This document shows, one piece after another, positions 13,478 through 26,700 of a stretch of 64,000 nt of DNA. Source of the DNA: Lama guanicoe (taxonomy: Eukaryota); assembly GCA_013239625.1 (NCBI GenBank), contig MU053652.1, positions 5,819,902-5,883,901 of the forward strand, in the 5' to 3' direction. The translations under genes were made by a program, and so were the position numbers. Positions within the stretch are counted from its first letter, which is position 1, and the number at the start of each line of letters is the position of its first letter. Under the pieces are notes generated by a model. It was not told the origin of the DNA, made no database searches, and saw nothing but the letters and a program-made list of their open reading frames with translations.

Positions 13478-13740
13478 TTTTTTATTTGCAGATAACATGA
13501 TTGTGTATGTAGAAACATCTATGGAATTTTAAAAGTTACTTAGAACTAAGTAATACATTTTGCAAGGTCACAGATACAAGGTTAATATAAACATCCCTTT
13601 TTAACCCATTTTTGTCTATAATTTAAAAATGTATGTATTAGAGATGAACTCATGAAAAGGAAATATGTACAACATGGTTGAAGAGTATAAAAAGTTAGGA
13701 GTACTTTTAACAAAGATGCATAAATCTTCTACACTGAATG
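13478..13740 (+). mobile_element. Old L1 ORF2 (reverse transcriptase) fragment
   Basis: ttatttgcagataacatgattgtgtatgtagaa = LFADNMIVYVE, a degenerate FADD motif, followed by gcaaggtcacagatacaaggttaatata. Confidence 0.8.
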
Positions 13741-13989
13741 AGCATTTTATAATCAGACACTCTTCCCCTGCTTACTCCCCAACCCCCACATTTTGATGTG
13801 TCCTCCCTTTCTTCTATTTACTTCCTTTGGAAATAACTGTTCAAATACAAGATGTACTATGACAAATCCTACAGCAGCCATATAAATGGAGTGAGGATGG
13901 GGATGTGAAAATCAGGGCCACCCTGTGGAGGGATGTGACTTCAGGCTGCCTGTGGGCCAGGCCCCTTTGCAGGAGCTGGCGTAAATGAA

Positions 13990-15125
13990 GTAAGACCAGG
14001 TTCATGCCCACAGGGCTTACATTCACGTGTGAGTAGACAGACACTAAACAAGTCAATGTATAAAGAAACAGAGACTTTCAGATGCTGAGACATGCCTCGG
14101 AGAAATACAACAGAGTAAATGTGAAGAGAGTGACCAGGTCGTCTTGGGCAGGAGACGGGCAGTCACTGTAGGTTTTCTGGTCTGGATACTTTGCCAAGGA
14201 GGTGACATTTGAGACCAAACCTGAATAGTGAGAACTGAATCATCAGCCATGTGAAGTAAGAAGGGCAGCCCATTGCTGGATCCAGGGCAAGCCTCTTGGG
14301 TTCAAGATACGGAAATAAAGAGGTCAGGGAGGCTGGAGTGAGTGAGAGTGAGGACAGTGAGTGAGAGAGAGTGAGGGCAGAAGAGGATAAAGAGACAGGC
14401 TGCATCCAGCTCTCGCAGGGTCTTGGAGTTCTTCCAAGAAGCTCCGGAGCTGAGGCGTTGGGGCTTTATCCTACCTATGAGATAGAATTACTTGAGGCTT
14501 TTATCTACGGCATTGCTCAGATTCTTGTTTCAAAAAGATTGCTCTGGCAGAAATGTAGGGAGGACTGGAGATCATGGAGGAGAAGAGAAAATTCAGTCAG
14601 GGTCCATCCGGTGGCCCCAGCAATGGGCATTTACAGCCTAAATGACACGTGCTCGTTTGGGGAGGAACACAGGGTATAGAAATCCTAGTAAGTAGAATTC
14701 ATAGTACTTGGTGGGCGCTGACACTGAAGGTGGGGTGGTGGTAAGTGATGGAGGTTCTGAACACTAAGTCTCTCCTGGCTAGGTCTAGGGAAATGGTGAT
14801 GTAAGCACTTAACAGAGAAGACAACGAATGGTAGGTTTGGAGGGACTGTGTTGAATCTGGTCCTGAGATCACCCCGTGGATCTGCCCAGCAGGTGGCAGC
14901 ATAAGGGCTGGGACCCCCACATTGTGATCCGCACTAAAAGAACAGATTAGAGAGTGGCAGATGGAGGCCTGGAAGTTAAAGACAAGGGCAGGGATGCCGT
15001 TGCCTCAGGAAATAGAGCAGAAGTGCGGGATGACTACCTAAGACTCTCAGGCAGGAGCCGGAAGAGGAGACTGAGCATGATGGGTCAGTGAATAATGGGA
15101 AATAAAGAGGAGCCAGTTTTATAGA
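13990..15125 (-). mobile_element. L2 LINE fragment
   Basis: Purine-rich antisense L2 signature: ggaggtgacatttgagacc, ggaggctggagtgagtgag, aaaagattgctctggc. Confidence 0.75.
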
Positions 15126-15324
15126 AGGATTTGAAAGGAGAGGTTATACCCAGGGCGCCTTATATGTTTTTCTTTCATGTATATTTTACACTGTACTTAG
15201 TTTTGAATCCTGAGTGTAATTGTTTGATCATCTACACATTCATATTCTATTGTTGTTTAGATCATATTCATGAAAATTTATCAGTTAATGAAATGGGTGA
15301 ACTCAGTTCTTTATATATATATGA

Positions 15325-15412
15325 CTGAAACATTATGGTATATACCAGAAATTGACAAGACATTGTAAACTGACTATACTTCAACTTAAAAAAATTATTA
15401 AAAATTTTTAAA
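15325..15412 (+). mobile_element. Very short lineage-specific L1 3' tail with A-rich end
   Basis: ctgaaacattatggtatataccagaaattgacaagacattgtaaactgactatacttcaa plus A tail, flanked by tatatatatatga (15312-15324 / 15413-15425). The same tail occurs inverted at 60801-60925. Confidence 0.75.
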
Positions 15413-18400
15413 TATATATATATGATAAAATTGGTAGGAAATTAGTAATCGTATAGCTTTTTAACAGACTATTTTCAGAATAATCAGTTTCTCTAAACTC
15501 GTGTTTTTCAAGAAATGTTGATGTGTAGAGATGTCCTTTTAGTGTCTGTAGATGGTGTACATGGAATATGTATTTCGGGCATAAATAGGGAACTGGATTG
15601 TCGTAGAATCCAGACTTGGTGGCATGTCTGCTTCATATTCCTTTGACTTATTTGGGTGTTGCTAAAACTGTAGCAGTCTGTCCAATTAGAACTATTTCTA
15701 GTGCAATGAAAATGATGTTTACTCCAAGTGCTAGGGCAAATGCACCCTTAGGGAACGGGGTCAGTAAACAGATTTTCATGCAAATTCTATTGTGGGTAAT
15801 ACTGAAATAACTTGTCTCTGGGTAGGAAATAAATAGAAAATGCAATGTTCTAACTTATTTTTTTTGGAAAACACATGAATGTTTCCAGATGGTGAGAGAA
15901 GATATTTGTGCCCCCAATTGCCATCAACACCCAGTGGTCATCTCTGTTTTAGGGAGGAAAAGAAGGTGAACGAGCCCGTTAGTGGACAAAGAGAAAATGT
16001 ACCTTGTGTACTTAGGAGGAAGAATCCACAGGTTATTCATGACTAGAGGTGTTCAGGATTTGAACACGTTTTATATTTTCAGTTTTCCCAGTTCCATCTG
16101 ACTCAGAAATGAATGTATACATTTGTGTCTGTTTCAAAATTTGGCCTTACAAGGCTCACATTTTAAACATTCACAGTGAGTCCAAAAGTTAGAGAACCCT
16201 GAAAGTAGAATATCTACAAGGTCCTTTTTGCTGCACTCAGAGCATCATTTGTGGGTTATGTTTTGGGTAAAATTTTACATTAGCCGATGGTAATCTGTGA
16301 ACCTAATTTTTTGCTTCCTTCCGTTGGGGGCGATACTGGCAATGTATTTACATGGATAAGAGGGTGCTTCCCAGCAGGCTAGAGCTTCTGTCTTATCAAT
16401 TTTCGGGAGACAGGATGTCTTCAAGCAGTGAGGGGCAGCCACTTCCTAAAATTACCTTGGTACAGTTTTCTGAGATGATTTTCCCCCCTAGAATCTTAGG
16501 AAAGCTTTCAGAAAGATGTGATATTACTGTTAACTTTGATATGCTGGCCGAATTCCAAAGTGAAGTCATTCCTGCCATCCACTTAGCTATTTATGTCGGT
16601 ATTATTGCTTCTGAGAGCTGCTGAGTTCTAAAAGCTACTACTGCTTAATCCTACTTAAAATTCCCTTTGTCTTTCTCAAGAAGAAAAAAAGGACTCTTTT
16701 ATACTTGTTATCGGTGGTGATGGGTGTTATTTTATAGACATTTATCTGACCTCTCGCTCCCTCGTCTTCTCTGAGTTAATGCCTTTCTGCTCCTCCCGGC
16801 TCAGACACCCACACACTCCCTTGAGAATTGTGGGTCTTCGTCGCTTCTCCTTGTTTTTGCACATTTTTCACACACCTGTTTCCCAGCTCAAGCCTCTGCC
16901 TGAACTCCTCTTCCACTGATCCCCTTCACCACCTCAGTTTTTCTTTCTCCTACTTTTTCTCCCATCAGTCTCTAACCTGACATTGTCTTGTCCCGCAAGA
17001 CCCTCACTGGCCGTGGAGAGTTCGTGTTTCGAGGTCTCACTTGACTTTTGTAATGCCCGTCATATTGACCTCTTGTCTTCCATAGTGAGGCTGGAGAGTG
17101 AGTATTGCAGGGATCTGAGTTTGTGCAGAGCAGCTGCTCCTCAAAAGCAGTCTTCCTCCAGTATCACACTGTTTCAGCCTTCATTTCTCCATCGCGAATT
17201 GTAAATAGCTCCGCCCTTAGCAAAACAACATCCTCTGACCAACCCCCAAAACCCAGTCGGTTCCATATAGCATCTTAAAGCCTTCTTTTGAATTCATTCA
17301 TTCATTCATTCACTCTTCATTAACTTGTTTATTCATTTCGATAGCCTGCCTTTTGCTAGAGATTACTACAGATACAAAGAACACATCATCCTTACCTTCA
17401 AGTTGCTCACACAGACATATACACTGTCTTACTGAATTTGAAGTCCTTTCCCTGTCTGGTGGGTTTTAATTTCAACCAGGAGTTTGGGCGCTGTTGCTTC
17501 ACTTGTGTAAGGCTGACACTCAGATGCTAAATGGTAGTGAACATATGCTACTTGAAATGGCCTGTTGATTCTTATTTATGATGATAGAGATAGTGGTAAC
17601 GGAAAAAGCGATACATATATTTGTTTCTTCCCACAAACAAGCAATTCTGTCAGGGAACCAAAAAGCAGGCTCAGTAATTAACTCCTGAAAGACCTGTCAG
17701 TTCACTTTCTGGTGCCAGAGTAACTAGGTAACTCTTCAGATGTAACCATCTCTCCACCATCCTCTGTTTTGGGCACCTATGGAAGGTGGAAGCTCTCACC
17801 CATTCATTCAGGATTCAGGGAGACCACATGAGTGAAGCGGGTAGTAAGCAAGGGGGATGGCTTACACAATTGGATTTGTTGATTCAGAATGAAAGGAAAC
17901 TAAGGTAGCTCTCCCTGAGATAAAATGTGTTCTGCCATCCCCATTTGCTCCTTGCAAGAGAAAACGTCTTTTGGGGACAATACATTTACATTAGCACCAC
18001 GAGGTGGTCATTTGCCCAGATGCTCCTGTTTTTAGCAAGTAAAATAGCAGAAATCTCGGAATGACTGTTTAAGGCCACTTCTGAGATTTCATACCGAATT
18101 TCAATAGATGCATCTGAGATGAGAAAATGGACATTGATTTCAGACACACTAGATTTCAGAAGTTTAGAACTGGCATGTAAAATCAAGATCATTCTTTCGT
18201 TTTCTAGATGAAGAAACTGGAGCCTAGAGAAGTTTAGAGAATGGTTAAAAAAATCACACAGTCTTAGAATTGCAACTAGAATCCTCGTCTATTTTATTTG
18301 AACTTATACTTGAATTTTATATCCCCAACTTATTTTATTATTTACTTACTTCAGAGTTTTTAACCACATAGTTGAAAAGTAATTTTTTTTCTTTATGATT

Positions 18401-18802
18401 TTTTTATGTATGACAGCAATGCATTATGGGATTTTAAAATCACCAGCTATAAAGGGAAGCAAAAATAACATTGGTTGTTACCTAATCATATAGAAAAGTC
18501 TAATATTTTAATATTCTCAGTGTGTTTATAGTATTTGTGAGTGCGTCCTGAACAGAATAAAGCTCTTCATCCAGTTCACTGCCCACCCTCCACTTACAAG
18601 AGTAGACCTAGGACTATATTAAAAAGAAATGGAGATTCTATCAGCCACAAGCTTCTATACTCTGAGTCCAGTGGCACTGAATTGTAGAAATTCACTTTGC
18701 TAGATTACAGTTAGTTTTCTTGTTTGTTCATTCCCTTATAGAAACCCTCCCCCACCACACACAGCAATTTTAAAGCAGTGCAGGAAGCACCATAATGTAT
18801 CA

Positions 18803-18960
18803 TAGCACTTCCAGAAGTCCAGTGAGCACATAAATCACCTGAGCACTTGGGTACCATACAGATTCTGATTTCATAGGTCTGGGATGAGGCGGTCTTCATT
18901 TCTGACCAGTTCCAGGTGATGTGACATACATGGGCTCTGGGCCATAGTTTGAATAACAGG
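18803..18960. mobile_element. MER5-family hAT-Charlie MITE
   Basis: aatcacctgag...cagattctgatttcataggtctggg...catttctgaccagttccaggtgatg...tttgaataacagg. Confidence 0.75.
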
Positions 18961-19185
18961 CAGGTGTTAGAGTTAGTTTGTAGAGGCAGCCAACGCAGTT
19001 GACGTTTAGTTAGTTAATAGATACTCAACTGTGCTAAAGATTACTAATAAACTCAAGATAGGTTAAAGAAGATCATCTAACTAAGACTTCACATTTTCGA
19101 ATCCAAAAAATTTACAATTTCTAGCCTGTGTTATATACACTATCTTCAATAAGTATTTAGATCAGTAAGGTATAAAGATACAGTA

Positions 19186-19236
19186 GTGTGTGTGTGTGTG
19201 TGTGTGTGTGTCTGTCTGTCTGTGTGTGTGTGTGTA
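19186..19236. repeat. Compound (TG)n(TCTG)n(TG)n microsatellite
   Basis: Direct reading. Confidence 0.95.
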
Positions 19237-21399
19237 TTTGTCTCCTCATTAGGAAATTTGAAAGTGGGAACCTTAATTACTAAATTTAAAGAAATGTACA
19301 CAGACGCACCTGTATCTCCGCAATCTGCAAAGTAGACTGCAAAGCTTGCCATATCGGGGTCCCAAAATATTCTGGAAACTTAAAAAACTGCCCTGTCAAT
19401 CATAAACACACATAGAGCAAAGGAATTGGGCAGGTCCACAGAGATCATCTTGATCCTTTCTTTCATTTTTCAGTAGAGGAAGTTGAGGCCCATCTGGCTT
19501 AAGTGAGGTGTCTAGAGCTACCTGACTGAAGGTGATGGTAGGGCTGAAATCTGATTTGACACTTGATTCTTTCCTTAATCCTTTCCTGCTCTGAAAGCCT
19601 TTCCCAGCCAGAGGCTGAGTTGCACTGACCTGTTCCACCATTTTTTCCTGGTATAGTGGCCTCCTTGTTTTCCCAATGGCCATTCCTCTTTGTGAAGCTC
19701 CCTGACTTCTAAGGGGGTCACACTGATGCACTTGGTCTGAGAAGCAATAATACTGCTGGAATTGTGGAAGCATCAGGAACTTCAGGGGTACATAAACTCT
19801 TACATTTTTCAGGCAATAACATAAAACATCCATTCTATAGAGTTAGGATGAATTTAAGAGTATAGAAATCTCTTCCTGAAAAATATATAGTGGACTATGG
19901 CATTAGCTTGATTGATTGGCAGTCACATGTGTCTCTGGATAAAATGATAAACATGATCTCTGGAACATTATGTGGATGGACTCAGAAATGAATGAGGGAA
20001 AATAAGCAATCAAGTGACAGTTAAACATTTTTGAGAGCCAATTATTTGAAAACCCATAATAAGGCTTGAGCCAGTGAGGATGAGGGAGGGATTAGAACAG
20101 GACAGAAATGTTCTTCCCCTCATTAAACTTATTAAACTTCAGTTGAGAAAGCCAGTTCATTAAAACAAAACAAAACAAAACAAGAGAGAGTATACAGATG
20201 GTGCAATATTAAGAAAACTTGATATCCCCTTTCTCCCTCAAAAAGAGTACAAAACAGATAAATACAGGAGCTGACTATTTACATACAAAAGGAATATTTA
20301 TTTTCTAAGAAGTTTCACCTTGGGAGTCCTTTAAACCCATGCAGATATGAGGGCATTCAATGGCTACAATGATTTAACAAAATAAAAGAGATTTACCAGA
20401 TGCTTAGGAACATACCCAAACAAAAAGAACTACATAGCTGAACAAAGAATTGGATACATTAGGGCAAAAAGACATCAAATGAAGGATGCTCAGAATTTAC
20501 TAGGGCTAGTTGAGAAAACCTTCTGGGGAGTCTTATTTTTGGGTTATTTGTAGCCTTTGTTAAAACTTTACATAATTCTAAACTTCTCCAGTCCTTCTCC
20601 TTAGGAGCTTATATTTTATGAGTAAGATGGTAGTTAGAAAAAGGAAGAGATTAGTCTGTAAGCTTCTAGTTGGCAGAGGCTGTATCCCCAGGACTTAGCA
20701 TATGCTTAACATTCCTTTTATGTGTTTGTGAAATTAGTTAATTGGCCAAAAAAATGATGGCCAAGTAGCCCTCTTGGTCTTCATTCTTATCATGTAGATG
20801 TGATGGTAGAGCTTAGTTTGGCATAAATTTGACAAATATTTTAATTGTTGGAATGACAGTTTTAATTAAAGAAAAAGCTTAATACAAATGGTTAGATTAA
20901 AAGAACCTTTACTATAATTTAAGAATAAAATTTACTCTTCCAGTAGTTTATCTGTCTTTAAAATTTCTGACTGCACTGCTAATATGGCAATGAGAATATA
21001 ATTCTCTAAACACACACACCCTGTGTCTTTCAGTCAAATCTAACTGGAATATTTGGTTTCATTATTATAAAAGCCATGACTCTGTAGTGTTGTATTTTTT
21101 AAAAAAAAACACATTTATACTATGGGATGGCACAACATACTATATATATCCATACTAGCTCTACTGAGGTAACAGAGTATGAGAAGGCAATTTGGAAAAT
21201 ATGATCTAAAGTATCAGTTAAGAATGTGCTCATTCATTGCATTTAAATATGTTTACTTATTAGGCTTCCATTGATTTTCTTTCCCCAAAAGAACACAGGC
21301 TTCATGAACTTTATTGTTTACTGTATCCTAGCACCTAAGATGTCATTTGGCACAAATAAATGCCTTAAAATACCTGTTGGATGAATTAAATTCAGCTTA

Positions 21400-22510
21400 T
21401 TTGTTATCTTCTTTGTCTCAGGCACTATTAGATGTTAGGGGCATGTTATCGAACAAAACAGAAATGCTCCTTGCCCTTATAGGGCTTACAGTTTAATTAA
21501 GAAGATGAATAACCAAGTCACATCCCTGCAATGAAGTATGTTGTGGTTGGTGAGTGGGAACATGATCAGGGAGACCACATGCAGTGTAGGGGAGAAGAGT
21601 GATGTCATTTAAGTCAAGACTAAAACATCAGCAGCATTTAGACAGGACAAGGAAGTGATCAGTAGGGTTAGTATGTCAAATAGAGGGAAGCACAGAGACT
21701 TGCAGACAAGAGAGGATGGCAGTTTGAAGAACCGAACAAGTACGATATGGCTGTGGTAGAGAGTAGGGTGGGATAACAGTAAGAGAGAAAATGATAGAGA
21801 AATTAGGAAAAGGACAGGTCACATAAGATTTTATATGCCTCACCAGGCAGTTAAAACTTGTTTTGAAAGGCAATGGACAGGCTCTAAAAGGTTTTAAGCA
21901 GATCAGTGACATAATCGGATTTCCATTTCAGCAAGATTACTTAGGCTGTAGTGTAACACTGGCAAGGCATGACACTGGGGGAAGGAGACCAGTTAGATAT
22001 TAAAGTAAGTCCTCCAGAGATGAGGGTAGCCCAGGTTATGATGGCTGTACTGCACAGGAGGGGGAGAGAAGTGAATAGATATAAAAGATATTTTAAGAGA
22101 TACATTTAGGACTCAGGCATTAACTGAGTATTTGAGGAGTGGACAAATCATGGATGACAGCTTGATTCTTGGATTGGGAAATTGGGTCCTTGGTTGAGAG
22201 AGCATTCCTAACATGTGAATGACTGAGGAAGGCGGGAAGGGGAGGAGGATGAATTCTGTCTGGGATATGCTGAACTTCAGGAATCTGTGAGACATTCAGC
22301 TGCACATATCTGGGAAGCTGTTACTTGGCTATGCGAGTCTGAAGCTGAGGAAAGAAGTTTGCTGTAGAGACAGGGTTTTAGGAGTCGCTAGCCTATAAGT
22401 AAGGCTGAGTGAAATAGACTTGGAAATTATGTGAACCGCACATTGCAGAAGGCCTGAGTCAGAGCCTGAGGGACTCAGCCTTTCAGGAATGTGTTGAAGG
22501 AAAGGAACCT
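21400..22510 (-). mobile_element. L2 LINE fragment
   Basis: gaacaaaacagaaatgctccttgcccttatagggcttacag...ggttttaagcagatcagtgacataatcggattt... Confidence 0.75.
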
Positions 22511-22629
22511 GAAATTCCAGTTTCTCTATGAATTGTCCTCAGTATCCATGAGTGGACCCCTTAAAGTCATATTTCTGATCTATGACCCTAGACACTAATG
22601 CCCTCCCTGATGACTCTGTAACTACAACT

Positions 22630-22950
22630 GACTAGTTTCAGACTGGGTTCTTGACCCAAGCTGGACCACCAAAGTCCCTCCAAAGGGTATTTAGGACTGG
22701 AACTGAAGGAGGAATGTTATTTCCCCTTGGCAGGGAGCAGTGAGGCTGTGAGACGTGAGGCTGGGGAGACTGTCAAGTTCTTCACTGTGAAGAGAAAGTT
22801 GGCCTGGAAGAATGATACTGACATGTAGACAGAACAGAGATGACAAATGAAAAGAGTTCTGACTGTGACCAGAACCTTAAATGCCCTTCCTGCAGATATG
22901 TGAGATAGTTCAAAATCCTTCTATTTAAATTTTCCCATCCTTAGCTAACA
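22630..22950 (+). mobile_element. MaLR LTR fragment (MLT1K/L-like)
   Basis: tgacccaagctggacc...tgaggctgggg...gagaaagttggcctggaagaatgatactgacat. Confidence 0.45.
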
Positions 22951-23088
22951 ACCTAGTGTCCAAACTAACGTATGGTAAGAATACATAGACGATTAGAAGA
23001 CATAACACACATAAATCTTATTGCTTGCTACACGGAGGTACCACAGGTACCATAACTTATCCAACAGCAATTTCTCTTTCTTTCAGAT

Positions 23089-23303
23089 CAGTACCATGAG
23101 ATAGAATTTTCTGTGATAAGGACAGTTTTCTATATTGGTCTTGTCCAGCAGAGTAGCCACTAGCCACATGTGGCTATTGGTCACTTGAAATGTAATTAGT
23201 GCAACCGAGAAACTGAATTTTAAATTTTATTTCATTTGAATTAGTTTACATTTCAACATGTGTAGCCACATGCGGCAAGTGGCTATCGTATTGGACAGCA
23301 GAG
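23089..23303 (+). mobile_element. MER3 hAT-Charlie MITE
   Basis: gtagccactagccacatgtggctattggtcacttgaaatgt...gtggctatcgtattggacagc matches recalled MER3. Confidence 0.9.
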
Positions 23304-23722
23304 ACCGCCAGAACAACAGTTTTGCTTTGGTGCACACTTCATGTAATCCAGTTAACTCCGATTGGTCTGGTCCATTTATGGTGGCCCTATCCTGTTTGCC
23401 AGTGTTTAGTTAAAAAGGTAACTTGTAATATAGTTCTGGTCAGTGAGATAGATGGGAAAGTCTTGGATCCTTCAGGGAATGAGGAGTCTTTGTTCTTGTG
23501 GTTGGTGGTGGTGACTGAACCTGCGGGAGGGAAATCGTGCTGAGGGTAGAACAGTAGAAAAATAGAAGGAACCTCAGTCACTGCTGACATCTTTGAACTT
23601 CTGAATGAACCAGCCCTGGAATGCCCCTCCACTCCTGTGATACGAGATGGTAATAAACGCTCTCAATTTTAAAGCTGTTTTGCATTGGATTTTCTCTTAT
23701 GTGTCACTGAAAGCATCCTATT
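23304..23722 (+). mobile_element. MaLR LTR (MLT1J-like), probably interrupted by the MER3
   Basis: tagttctggtcagtgagat...gaaggaacctcagtcactgctgacatc...aaccagccctgga...tgaaagcatccta. Confidence 0.6.
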
Positions 23723-26700
23723 ATCCTTATTATCAATAAGTAGAAATGATTTATCTAACATGACAGGAACATGCCTCATTTTAAGAAGATATGAAAAGGA
23801 TTAAAATTCTAAGATAAATCAGGAGGTTAATATTCGCAATGCAGACAAATTGTTTATATTAAATGGACTCACCACAGTTTTCTTAAATGCTGACTTTCTA
23901 GTCAGTGAATATAAAGTGTGATTTGATGCAGTAAAATTAAAATGAAATACAGCTTTTCAGCAGCCTTTCACTGAGACGTATTTCAACGTAAGTTGCAGAA
24001 TTATCAAACACAAATATTAGAGAATGCTCCTTAATTTATCAAATTAATTCACCTCTGGGTTCCTTTAAGCAACATGCCCTCTAGTCTACAGATGGTGATG
24101 GTGTGCTCCTTAACCACACAGACAGACAGTAATTTAGCTAAGCATTTTTCTTTGCAGTGTAAGTGAAAACCTGTTCAATGTGCTTGCAATTTTATTAACT
24201 AAATCCTAAGACCTAAGAGGAACGAGGTGTTCTACCTGTCATGTTCTCTGTGTCTAGTAAAATTCTCAGCCTCACTGGGAGACATGCAAACACTGCCTCT
24301 TAGCTGTGTGATCTTGGGCAAGTGACTTAACCTCTAAGAATCCGTGCTCAGTGTTAATTTTTCTGGCCTCTAGACTGTGGTAGTGATGATGCTGGCTGTT
24401 GCTGGTGTTCCCATCTTTCATAAATGGCATTCAAATTGCTCTGGTTCTCCCTTATGTTATCAAGATGCTCTATGGCTAAAACATCGAGCTTGAATGTAGA
24501 ACTTGTTTTTAGAAGTGGTACTTATTTCTTCATGTGCCTCTTCACTACATTCCAGCATTGGGCTGTGTTGGGAAAGGAGTTAGTATTCTGACCAATAGGT
24601 GAATTCATTCCACCCTTCTGTTACTTCCCATTAAACCACTCACCCACACAGAACCTTTCAGCTGCAGGTTTATTTGCTTACATCACTGTGGTCAAATGCT
24701 TAGGATCGTAGTTTCATTTGGGGAAATGATTAATATCTATCATTAAGGCCATTAAAATGCTGGTCTGAATTTTCCTTTCGTTCATAGTTCATGAAACACT
24801 TCAGAAGGCATTCCTTGGCCTTCTGTGGAAGGACGGAATGTGTTTTATGTCAGTCTCCTACCCACATCTCTTTCAGAAAGAACATAGGCAGTGCTAGCCA
24901 AGCTAGATGGAAGCAACATGCAGTTCTTTGCCAAGAGAGAGCTAGTATTCTAAATGCGCTGATTCAGCAGAGCACAGAGATTAAAACTGAAGAAGAGCTC
25001 AGAAATCCAACCAAATAATTGATAATTTAAATAAGATTTGAATCCCACTAGCCAGCAGAGGATCAGAGGACATTCGAGAAGAAAGGAAACTTAGAGAGGT
25101 CATCACATCCAACGTTTTGCTGAGCATCACCTCTCAGGACCGATGTAAAATGAGGACAGGGAGCACAGAGAAACATTTCGGTTTTACTGATTCAGTAGAA
25201 CTCGTGAAGGCTTTATTTGGTGCAAAATGAGGCTTTCTCATTGACTCTAAATAGGCTTATTAGCAGCACACAGAAGGATTTCCACTGTGATCTTCTCTTT
25301 GTCCCCAGCCAGAGTGAAGGCGTAGGTCTGACGCAGGCTGATAACTGTTGAAGAGAAAAGTACCAGCAGACCAGAGCCCCGAGGCTGGGCTGGCTGCCAG
25401 CTCCGGGTTCGGCACCCTGAGGAATGTCATTTGTCTGAGCTACTTTTATGAAACAGAAGCCTTCTTTTGTGAATTTGAACCTGTGAAAGGGACCAGGGGT
25501 GTAGCTGGTCCAAAGAAGCAGAAAAACAAATAATTCATATTGGTTTAGGATGCCCGCGTACCCCTCTCTTTTTCAGGAGTCTTCGTTTGCATCGCAATAC
25601 ATGGCCAGCGAACGTTCTCGGATGTCTGGCTTGATGTGTCCCGGAGGGGTTTCATTAATTGGTATGGAAGTTTAATTCAGTAGAGTCCAGAAAACTGTCC
25701 CGCTTTTTATCCCCTGGCCAATGACAGAAAACATCCCTGTTACTGACTTCTTTGTGGGATCAGTCTGCATCATCCCTGGGGTTGACACAAAGCCATAGCT
25801 TTTGACGCAAAGCTTCAGCACACTGTGCTGGCTGCGTGACTCACATCTTCCCCAAGGGCTGCAGGTTTGATTAAATGTTTAAATGACCTTTTAGTACAGA
25901 TGATTGTGAGGTTGGGCAAACAATTGTTCTTTCCACTCGTAATAACTTTGGTGTGTATCTGGGGTAACTGTAGACAGAGTTGGGAAGAGTGTGAACTAGA
26001 GACTTGGGTGATGGGAGCTGAGGTTGGTGCTGATGCTGATAATTTTGATATAAAGAGAGAGTAAGATTTGTCAAAAGAGGGGGAAACTCAGCACAGTTCC
26101 TCATCATCAGCTCCTTCCTTGCCCTGTCACAGACAGACACGCATAGCATGTCACTGTGACTTTAACCACTCCGGAGCTCCAGGGTTTCCCAAGGACCACA
26201 GCCCTCTGGCCAGGGAACTCTACCCCTGAGGGCTCTCTGGGAAGCTCGGTATTTAGCAAGTATAATTTCAGAGTAGATGTGCTTCAAGGAGGTCTCCAGG
26301 AAAATACTGCGTGCACTTGTAAACGGCACACAGTCTCATTGTTCAGTTTGTCCTTATGGAATCTTATAATTCGGCTACTGTTTCATTTGCTGGGGCTTAG
26401 GTGTCTGTCTCCAGTGGGTTCTTTTCCCTCCAGCTCTAGTTCCTGAAAAAGGGATCCCGCCTGGTTTGATTTCCAGATGCATCCAATGCTCATTTCAGGT
26501 TCCAGACTGCAAGCTTCCTTTTCTGAGACACTCAGATGGGCCACACATTAGCCCACCTGGCTCTTATCGTCTGAATCCCTTGAATGAGTCTTCCTTGGCT
26601 GGACACATTTCCAGAATGTTTCTTCTCTGTCCTTCGAAAATGCAGCCTGCCCTTTTCTTGGCCCTTTGCTGCTCTGATACATTCATCCCTCGCAACTCAG

